Of a stretch of DNA of 64,000 nucleotides, positions 54,630 to 64,000 are shown piece after piece. The notes beneath the pieces were generated by a model that made no database searches, had not been told where the DNA came from, and worked only from the letters and a program-made list of their open reading frames with translations. The translations under genes were made by a program, and so were the position numbers. Source of the stretch: Octopus sinensis (lineage: Eukaryota). The stretch covers positions 23,684,001-23,748,000 of the forward strand of contig NC_043015.1 of NCBI RefSeq assembly GCF_006345805.1, written 5' to 3'. How positions within the stretch are numbered: position 1 is the stretch's first letter; each line of letters starts with the position of its first letter.

Positions 54630-57330
54630 TCTAAACTGCGCAACATTTTTATTCACTTTAAGACACCATGTCTGCTTCTCTGCTTTTGCTACTCTATCTA
54701 CCTTTATCTCTGCTCATACCCATGCCTCTGCTCATATCCTTGCCTTTGCTCATTATTTACCGATCTGAACTCAGCCACCATCCACTCACTCACTTCTCTC
54801 TTTCTCTTTACTTCCACCTTTATTGTGTCGATCTTGCCAGATTCTGTTGTAAATTCTTCTCGCACTTGTCCCCATCCAGTTTTCTAAATAATATTTTGTG
54901 CTTTCCTCCCAGCATAATAGGATATAAAATATGATGCAGTAACGTTGAAATGCATACAACATTCGATCTCATGCAAACACATAAAATATTAATATAATAT
55001 GATGGAATTTGAAATGTATATGTAAACAAAATGCCTTTAAGCTTCATAGAAGTTAACGAAACGTCTACTGTTAATTACGTATTCAGATGTTAGACAGCAT
55101 TCCTTCGCTTTGCAATAAAACTTCTTTTAGCAAAATCTTTGATACCATGTGCCCTTCATGCTTATAAAGTATTAAGGTCACCAACAATATTAGACTTCTA
55201 ATCAGCCAACAAGCTATGGGTATATACGGAATTCTATCCTTGTCGTTACTTTTCTTGCATCTGTCGAATTATGATCATTTAAATGGGCGACTAAACAATT
55301 CAATTTCATCGACCTTCGAACGTATTTTCAAGAAATACCACATATCTTTACTCCAGAAAAAGAAGTGAAAAGAAATTCTACGCAGTTGAAGCAACAATTG
55401 CGACGAGGAATATTGTGTGCTAACTAGTAGTGTTTTCTTCAATATTGTATTGGAACTTTTTTTAAATCTTGGAGAAAATAATAAAATTAATTAATTAATT
55501 AATTAATTAATTAATAAAACTTAATTTCATTTATTTAAAATCGGTAAATCTAAACAGAAACGTTATTTCTGTTTTCGACTTATATTTTTAATTGACAATT
55601 TACCAGAAGTAAAAAATGATTGAAGTATTTAATTACTTGTCGACTGTCGATTGCCAGGCTAATTAAAACGTCCTACAGAAGGCTTTAGTGTAATGGGTTT
55701 TGTATTTTGATTTGTGAGTTCAAGTGTGACAGAAGTGAATCTTAACTCTTCTCATACCTGAAAACATGAACTCGGATTTACCGTAAGGGACCAAAGTCAC
55801 GTTGTTTTGTTTGGGGTTTTTTTTACCCTGCATCCAAATCATTTTGATTGTGTTTTATCCTAAATACTTCTGATCAGTGCTGCTCCGGTGTTAAACAGCA
55901 ACAGTAACAATAATAGAATTTCTATTAGAAGCTAAAATTGATAACAGAAACAACAGAACAGTTAAGCACAGATAAATGATAGAAGTGGGAAACGTCAATT
56001 GTAATGATATTCATACAAAGTAATCTGAAGTTGTATAGATTTTGGGTTACTACAATTGCCCAAGTGATCATTCTTACGATGGGATGTACATATCTCATAC
56101 AGATCACATTAGTTGAAGTAATTACTCCAAAACGTTCTTCTCTTGGGGCCAAATGGAACTGCAAGCAAGATTAATTTACTAGATCTTTACAAAGAATAAA
56201 AAGAAAATAGGAAATTGAGAAGCTATAAAGTTGGAATGAAATCTTGAGCGTTGGGGAGCTAAAAGTGAACATTAACATCAAAGTGGTGTAAGTTATTTCC
56301 TCCGTTTCTAATCATTTATTCTCAAAAGGAATTGTTTCCGAAATTATTTCTTTCTTCGGTATATCATCCTTGCGTATATTTCCATTGAGTTTTTTCTTTC
56401 CCCACCAGTTTCCTCCAAAATACAAAGTCCCTGTAAAAACTGAAAGCAGTTACCGTATTGAAATTGGCAGTAGTTAGTCACATCTTATCTAGATTTCTCC
56501 TTTTTATCAATCTTCTTGGAAGGGATCCACTTAAAGGAGTTATTAGTTTTCTAATGACGAAAGAAAGTTATATTGGTTTGATAATTTTTGCATCAGATTC
56601 ATAGCTAAACCCTTTAACGAAAAATATATCTTTAAAGCACTGAAGAATATTTAAGCTTTCTCAAGATAAATCCTTAGAATATGAAAATAAATCTTTCTTT
56701 ATAACGAGAGCAGAGTTCATGATAATTGTAAATTGATTTTTCTCCGGGAGATAATCTTTGAAAGAAAACTAAGGTTGCACAAATAAATTTTAAAGTAAAA
56801 ATGTTAAAGCTGTCAAGATGAAAGTGAAACGAATACATGAACCTCATTTAGAAAGTTCAGTATCCTCTATTGCATCAGCCATATTAAAAATGCTTTCTCT
56901 GTCAGTGATGACTTATCTTTCAAGCATCTTAGTATAGAGTTAAATATGTTTTCTTTTTAATTCACCAACTCAAACCGGGTTTCACTTGCATATGATGATT
57001 AGGACAGCTCAAAACCTAACAATCTGACGTGATTCGTCAGGAATATTTCGAATTGCTTCATCATAAAGATTTTCAGATTCTCTTAAAAAGGAGCACGAAG
57101 CATTACACTGTAACATTTCTCTCAATATGTTTGCCACACTTTCGTGTCATGATATCTAGGTTAGTGTAACCTAGATGTGTTAATTCGGTTTCGTTATAAC
57201 TTTTATGGCTCGGTACCTCACTCTCTTGAATGGTTTGTGGCCCAACATGACTGCAACCTTTATAAGGAAGCACATAAAAGTATACAATTGACTCACGCGT
57301 CTTCAGATTATTTTAAGCAAACTGAAGATA
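54630..57330 (-). pseudogene. Decayed TRPM-like cation channel pseudogene (pre-S1 to coiled coil), intron-poor
   Basis: Collinear motifs: F*AVL-NHHM (WAVL.NR..M), MADAIEDTELS, FSSPTLK (F..PV.K), DFGP (LGP), WYFL.I..VDEIE (pore), LIRSLILLVTLIL (S6), SNI* (TRP-box W), LLCWEESTKYYL (L.WE...KENYL), EQR*R*IE*Q...LK*IKMLR (coiled coil). Many stops and frameshifts. Recognised by eye only. Confidence 0.65.
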
Positions 57331-57399
57331 AATTTGTATATACCATCTGGTATGTCCGTTTCTCTCCATATTTGCCCTTACTAGAGATACCTATTTATT

Positions 57400-59780
57400 C
57401 TTTTATTCTTTTACTTATTTAAGTCATTTGATTGTAGTCATACTTTTATTTTTTTACTTGTTTCAGTGATCTGAGTGCGGTCATGTTGGAGTAACGCCTT
57501 AAAGGGTTTCAGTCGAAGAAAACGTCCCCAGGACTTATTCTTGATACGCCTAGTACGTATTCACCGAAATAGGAGACAGATGGAGAGAACACTTCAATGA
57601 CCTCCTCAATCACAAGGCTACCATCGACAAAAGCATACACTTGACATGATTCCTAAAGAGGCCAAAGATTACTCTCTCGCTCGAAGAGGTCAAAATTGCT
57701 ATCACAGCGATGAAGAACAACAAAGCCGCGGGTCCTGACGGAATCCCAGCTGAGATCTACAAACTGGGAGGTGATTTTGTCCAACACCAGCTCCACCAAC
57801 TCTTGGTCAAAATCTGGACAAATGAAGTTGTACCATCTAACTTCAGGAATGCTAACATCATTACCATTTACAAACGAAAGGGCGATCGTTCTGAGTGTGG
57901 AAATTACCGGGGTATTTCCTTATTAGCAACTGCTGGGAAGATTCTTGCACGCATCCTGAACAACCGCCTCAAAACGCAGTCAGAGAGGATCCTTCCTGAG
58001 ACGCAGACCGGCTTTAGGCCATCACGAAGCACAACCGACATAATCTTCACGCTGCGACAGCTACAAGAAAAATGTCGTGAGCAACACCAACCGCTCTATT
58101 TGGCCTTTATCGACCTATCCAAAGCCTTTGATCGTGTCTCGCGAGAGCTCCTCTGGGATATTCTCGCCCAGTATGGATGCCCAGATAAGTTCATCCGGAT
58201 TCTCAAACTTCTCCACGACAATATGCACGCCAGAGTCCAGACCGACGGAGGCAGTTCTGAGCCCTTTAAAGTCACCTCCGGAGTGAAGCAAGGCTGCGTG
58301 ATAGCGCCAACTCTCTTTACCATCTTTATCGCGACAGTGTTGCACATCATACGAGATGACCTTTCACCTGGCATCGAGATCTCGTACAGAATGGACGGCA
58401 AGCTTTTCAACCTTGCTCGCCTCAAAAGTACGTCAAAGACAATGGCGCGAAGCTTGCTAGAGTTCCAATATGCCGACGACAACAGAGTAGCTACTTACAG
58501 AGAGGATCACTTCCAACAGATCCTAAATGCTTTTCATCATGCATATACTAAACTTTGACTGAGCATCAACATCAAGAAGACTCACTTACTCTACCAACCT
58601 CCTCCCAATGCCCGTGTTGACAACCCGCCATCGATTCAACTCGAAGGAATTCCACTGGAAAATGTGAACCATTTCTGCTACCTTGGGAGCCATCTGTCAG
58701 CAAAGGTAGACCTCAGCGATGAAATCCAACACTGTCTGAAGTGTGCAGGAACAGCTTTCGGCAAGCTTCGAACAAGAGTTTTTGCTGATCGGGACATCCG
58801 AACCGAAACCAAACTCATGGTGTACAGGGCAGTCATTATTCCAACCCTCCTTTACGCATCCGAAACCTGGACCCCGTATAGTCACCACCTGAAAACGCTC
58901 GAGAAATTTCACCAACGCTGTCTTCGCAAGATCCTTAACATCAGCTGGGATAACAGAAGAACTAACGTCAGCGTGCTACAAGAAGCAAAAATGACCAGCA
59001 TCGAAGCCTATGTCATCAAAGGCCAACTAAGATGGAGCGGCCACGTGGTTAGAATGACTGACGAACGACTTCCCAAACAGATCTTCTACTCCCAACTCAA
59101 AGACGGCAAGCGTACAAAAGGAGGCCAGAAGAAACGCTACAAGGACTCCCTGAAAACGAACCTCAAAAAGTGTGACATCGACTTCACTAACTGGGAGGAA
59201 ACGGCAAAAAACAGACCACTCTGGAAAACCACCATCCATGAGGGGACGGCGACTTTAGAGTCGAAAAGGTCTGCAGAGCTGGAGGAGAAAAGACGACGAC
59301 GGAAGGAGCGCCAACAACAACCACGTGCGACTCTCCCTTCCGGCACTAGATGTCCGCATTGCAACCGATCTTTTCAAGCAAGATTTGGTCTTATCGGTCA
59401 CCTACGGACTCACCAGTAAATTTGCGCGAAGAGCATCATCCTCGACCTTGAGGGATTGCCATCATCATTCTATTGTTTTACTGCCAAACCGCTAGGTCAC
59501 GGGGACGTAAACATAAGACCGTCGGGTGTCAAGTAATGGTGAGGGGGCAAACACAGACACAACACGCAGACACATATACATAAACATATATATAAGACGG
59601 GCTTCTTTCAGTTTCCGTCTACCAATTCCACTCACAAGGCTTTGGTCGGCCTGAGACTATATAGTATAAGGAATTTGCCCAAGATGCCACACAGTGGGAC
59701 TGAACTCGAAACCACTTCACATCGCCTGTAACCATGTGGAAAGCAAGCTTCTTAGCACAGAGCCACGCCTGCGCTTATGT
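57400..59780 (-). mobile_element. Family B SINE (57400-57562 + 59467-59780) interrupted by an RTE LINE
   Basis: Tail ...CAGTCATTTGATTG..CATGTTGGAG on the left of the LINE. Core and head (GGGCTTCTTTCAGTTTCCGTCTACC...CACAGCCAC-like) resume on the right. Confidence 0.8.
57563..59466 (+). mobile_element. 5'-truncated RTE-clade LINE: RT domain + C-terminal C2H2, one nonsense codon in the main ORF
   Basis: KAAGPDGIPAE, NYRGISLL, QTGFR, FIDLSKAFDRV, GVKQGC, QYADD, YLGS, CPHCNRSF...GHLRTH. 57710-59419 is a single frame with TGA at 58556. Stem-loop + (ATC)n tail; ATTC duplicated at both ends. Confidence 0.95.
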
Positions 59781-60037
59781 ATGCGTATAATAATTATATC
59801 TAACATGTTTCCGTGCACTCGGACGTGTGAAGGCCATCAGCAGTGGAAACAGTGTCTGAAAATTTTTTCCTTGTAGATATAAAGCACAATAAATTTGAAA
59901 TTAACAAATTAATTAGAGGCTAATAAACAGTGCTGGGTACAGTTAATTTATACCAGATCGACCAATATTTCTCCTCGCCGGAAAAGGTTACTCTTTGTGG
60001 TCAGTATATAGTATAACACCATTTAGTCATATATATA

Positions 60038-63000
60038 GGCCTCCTCGATATATCGTCAGCGAGTGTCAGTCGCTGTCTGACTGACTTGTCAAATTTTCTC
60101 TTTAAATACCCGCAGCAAGGCTCCAGCAGACAGCCCCAGCAAGTCGTCACATGACACTGTCTCACCTTAACTGACTAGTGAAGGCGGGTAGTCTTAGCCC
60201 GCGCATTCTCTAAACGATCGTCACCTGTCAGTCAGCGAAGCTGATTCAGTGTCACCTTGTCTCACCAAGTGATATTATTTCCCGCCGGCATGTTATGACT
60301 TTCAAACCATCTTTGGTCTTCTCGCTTCAGCCATATATAGAAGCTGGCTTTTTCGACCGCCTCCCTCGGAGCTAGAAAAAACAAATCTTTTGAATAGCGT
60401 TGTCATTTTCCTTTCAATGAAGCTTCTAGCCCCCACTACCAGGTGGTAATACTTGACATTCCATCCTTGTTCTCTGCATTCTTCGATGAGTTTTTCATAC
60501 CTCTTCTCCTTTCGTTCTTTTGCATTGCCGATGTTCTCTTCCCAAGGTACTGTCAGTTCTAGTAAAATTCCTATTCTCCATTCTCTGTTCCATAGGACTA
60601 AATCTGATATTTTTTGTCGTTTTTACTAGTGGAAATATTACTTGTCTTTACAAATCCGTGGCCACCTCCCAGTATCCCTTCCATCTCTCGTCTATCTCGT
60701 ATATTTTACTTGGTTTTAGGTAGGACTGGTTTTATATCCTTTTCTATCCTCGTGGGAGTATACTTTCCTGCGATTTCCTACTTTTGGGTACACTCCCTTA
60801 TTGTACCTCTTGATCTTCTCCTTGAGAGCTGCGCTTATGACGCCGAGGACTTGATTATGCCGCCATGTATATCTTTCTAGTGCTAGTCTGCAATTTGACA
60901 GAACATGTCTAACCGTCGCTTTTTCTCCGCATCTACACTCATCGGTTGTTTTTATGTTCCACCGGACTAAGTTCGCCGGTGGGGGTAGAACGTCGAAGGT
61001 AGACTTGATCAGGAAGGATGTTCTTGCTTGTTCCCAAGACCAAAGTTCCTTCCATGATATTCTGCGGCTGATCACATATTCCTCCCATCTAAGGCACTGT
61101 GCCTGTTGACTACATTGCACCAAATGTACATTTCGCCTTTCTTCTTCCTCCTTTCTCACTTCGTATACCACTACCTCTATCATCTCTTTTATACTGCTCT
61201 TGCAAAATGGCCTGAAATTGTGCGACCCTAGGCCGGTTCTTGTTCCTTGCGTCATTCCGACTACAGCTGCGTGCCTTAGTTTTCCGATCGCCCTGTTTAC
61301 TGCCTCTTCCGCCTTCCATTTCCTCCCTGTTCGTACCTTTGGCGTGTTTTCCCGGATGCTCTGATCTTTTGAATACCTTAGCATCATTACTGTCCTTGCC
61401 TTTCCTGCCTTATATTCTTCGGCCATTGATGTTATAGGTAGTTGCAGCACGGGTTTTCCATATAGTGCAGTTGTATTCAGTGGTTTCGACAGACCAAGCC
61501 ATTTTCTGATAAACACACTGCATCTTTGTTCCATCCTTTCTACCCTACTCGAGGCTCTTTTGTACATTTGCAATGGCCACATTATTCTTGGGTACAGCCC
61601 AAATTGCAGTATCCAAAATTTGAATTTTCCCGGCAGCGTTGTTCTGTCAATTGCCTTTAATCCTTGTTCTACTAACTCGTGTATTTCTTTCCCTTACTTC
61701 TTATCATTTAATAAATATCTATACCATCTGCTGAGACTCTTTACTGGTTGTTCTTTCACCGTTGGTATGCCTTTACCTCCTATCCTGAATTTCACTTCTC
61801 TTTTCCTTCCTTTCACGAAAGCCACGCTTCGAGATATTTTGGCTTTGAATTTCATCGTTGCCCATCCTATCAGTTCGTCTAACCGCTCTAACGTTCACTC
61901 TGGTGCTTCTCTACTTTCCGATAATACAGTTATGTCCTCAATAAAAGCCTTTAATGGTGTCTTTGTAACAGTTTTCTCGCAGTTTGTAGATCTAAGTAAC
62001 ATTTCCATGACTAGCACGAATAAGATGACTGATATCGTGCATCCGGCTGCAATACCTATTTCAAGCGTTGCCACTCCGTTGTGAACTTTCCTACTGTAAA
62101 TCACATCATCAGGTTGTCGTAGTAGGACATGAGCATTCGTTGAACATCTTTTGGGATGCAAAAGAAGTCCATCGCTGTTTTTACTATTGCGTGCGGAACA
62201 GATCCATAAGCATTGGCAAGATCTAGCCAAACAATATACAGGTTTTTCTTCATTTGCTTTGTACAGGTGATGGCTTCCCAGATGGCAAATGCGTGTTCTA
62301 TGCACCCAGGGATTCCGGGGATTCCTGATTTTCGGATTGTTCATTAACGTACCCGTTATGCTGTACGAATCTTAGGATTCGTCTAGCAATTATTCCAAAC
62401 ATTTTCCCGTCTTTATTTAGTAGTGAAATCGGTCTAAATTGACCTTTTTCTTTTGGTATACACCATCGCTCCGCTACATCTTTCTTCTTCCACATTTCTC
62501 TTATCAGTACAAGCAGCTGCAAGCGTAATTTCGGGCAATATTTATATACCTTGTAGCTCACTCCATTGTTCCCTGAAGTACTTTTTGCTCTTGCTTTTCT
62601 TATGAACCCATCCATTTCTTTCCGTTTGATGCCACTCAAATCAAATGGTACTCTTTTTTCAAGTGGTTTCTTCAGTTCGTGCATTTCTAGGAGTACTTCA
62701 TTTCTGTCAGAGTTGCTGTATGTCTCTTTCAGATGTTGTTAGAGCTCTTCTTTTGTGAAATCCAATTTTCCGCTTTTACTTTCAGTAAATAAATGTTTCG
62801 CATATTGATAGGGAGTGTTCACAAAGCTACGATACTTCTTTTCTCTCTCCTTTCTTCTGCTCTTTCTTCTTTGTTTTCTTAGCAGATCTCGATGCCTCTT
62901 TTTTTCTCTTCATATAGCTGTTTTAGCCTTTCTCTTTCCTCCTCCTTTGCATCCCTCCATCTGGTTCTGAGTTTTTTTTTTCTCTTCTCGAAACTTTGCG

Positions 63001-63892
63001 ATCCGTCTTTCTCTCCTCGATGGGCCGCTCTTTGCCGTTGATTCTACCTTCCCTGTTGTTTCCAATCCAAATCTTTTCTCTCCTTCCTGGTAGATTTTAT
63101 TAGCCAGGTTTTCGAGCTTTTGTTCGTCGTCGCCTTTGAATTTGGTGGTCATTCTTGATACCTCGTTGTCAAATTCTTTATAACTCACCGCGTCATTTGC
63201 TTTCGGCCACTTAATCTTTGTCCTCTTCACGCCTATCAGTTTTTTTGATTGTTCCAATTCAACTGTGGAATGAACCTCACTATGGTTATGTTCCAGGGGT
63301 TCTGGCCACACGTCGTATGGTTTATCAACCCTCGTTGTTGAATTACTTTCTTCTGACACACCTTCCCCTGGTGGATTCTCAGCCCGATGTAACTAGCAAA
63401 CACCTTTCCGCAGCAGCTGAACTCCTCATCTACCATCCCTATACCGTGTCCTTTCTCATGGTCCATTTCCGGTCCAAGTCCATTTCGTTTTTTCCGTCCC
63501 TATTTGATCCTTTATTCTCCCCCCGTGATCCGGGATCATGGGGCCATGATTACCCATGTTTTTCGTTGCAATCTTCCCCCCGATCGGGCTGCAAGCCCAT
63601 TTGATCCTTCATTACGCTGTCGTACTGTCAAGCGTCTCTCCGCTTTGTCATCCTTCCCTCTGGATTGTCAGCAAGTCTTTCTCTGCAGTCAGTATCTGAG
63701 GAATTACAACAACGTTTCGTCATCTGCTACCACAACAGCTCCTTCATAGGATCCAGTTAGCTCAATATATCACCAGGAGGAACCACGTCCGTTTTCGGCC
63801 CCTACTCCTCTACCGTTTTGACGTGGCGCCCGCCCTTTCGGCGGTGTCTTCAGCTCTGGTGTTGGGTGCATGTCTTCTTTCTTCTGTTCCCT
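60038..63892 (-). mobile_element. HERO-like (R2 superfamily) non-LTR retrotransposon: N-terminal C2H2, RT, CCHC, restriction-like endonuclease; frameshifted
   Basis: CCGKVF...LRIHQGKVC, FRPISLL, GIAAGCTISVILFVL, AFIEDIT (AFMDD), SFLIKSTFDVLP, CRCGE...HVLSNC, SDLVLW...LLELTVPWEEN...ERK..RY..L.EEC, EKASFYIWLKR. Confidence 0.88.
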
Positions 63893-64000
63893 GGCCTCCT
63901 CGATGTATCGTCAGCGAGTGTAAGCCGGTGACAGACTGACTTGTCAAATTTTCTCTTTAAATACCTGCAGATAGGCTCCAGCAGAGGGGCCCCAGCAAGT
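63893..64000 (-). repeat. Direct repeat of the element's 3' terminus (60038-60144), cut by the window edge
   Basis: GGCCTCCTCGAT...CCCCAGCAAGT in both places, about 88% identical by eye, with a 32-bp block identical. Confidence 0.9.

Noticed and set aside
55390-55410. PBS-like TGCGACGAGGAA
   Set aside because: No adjacent LTR. It is the antisense of the TRPM-like S5 region.
55757-55798. DFGP......HV..AG|GTATG similarity to the 19605-19647 candidate exon
   Set aside because: The middle of the two sequences is unrelated at nucleotide level. Likely coincidence from extensive scanning.
56126-56200. Plus-strand VLLLGPNGTASK resembling a P-loop
   Set aside because: It lacks GK(S/T), is flanked by stops, and is antisense to the TRPM-like relic.
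54630-57330. Rescue of the TRPM relic by A-to-I editing (TGA at three conserved Trp positions)
   Set aside because: Frameshifts and TAA/TAG stops are also present. TGG to TGA is an ordinary transition.
63750-63860. HDV-like ribozyme at the RLE element's 5' end
   Set aside because: A GCTAA-like J4/2 is present, but no P3/L3/P1.1 nested pseudoknot could be built.

Overview
AT-rich, microsatellite-dense animal DNA, most likely an octopod cephalopod judging by the SINE families and repeat density. It looks intronic or intergenic. No intact protein-coding gene can be recognised, and almost all ORFs in the supplied track are (TA)n/(CA)n/(TATC)n artefacts. Recognisable content: (1) Retroelements: a 5'-truncated Naiad-type Penelope-like element (PLE; RT + GIY-YIG, ~52.4-54.35 kb), a nearly intact 5'-truncated RTE LINE nested in a SINE (57.56-59.47 kb), a HERO-like RLE non-LTR element with a terminal direct repeat (60.04-64 kb, minus), plus CR1, RTE and R4/Dong relics. 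(2) Two tRNA-related SINE families, Helitron-like elements, a MITE with an 8-bp TSD, and LTR/PBS relics. (3) A decayed, intron-poor TRPM-like channel pseudogene (54.6-57.3 kb, minus). (4) About ten hammerhead-ribozyme (HHR)-like motifs with unrelated helix sequences, several inside inverted-repeat units. Best leads: the HERO-like element whose terminal repeat carries a conserved TATA+Inr and is followed by a hammerhead-like fold, the paired HHR unit at 34.2-35.2 kb, and the TRPM relic. All protein and RNA-family calls are by-eye motif recognition; no database searches were run.
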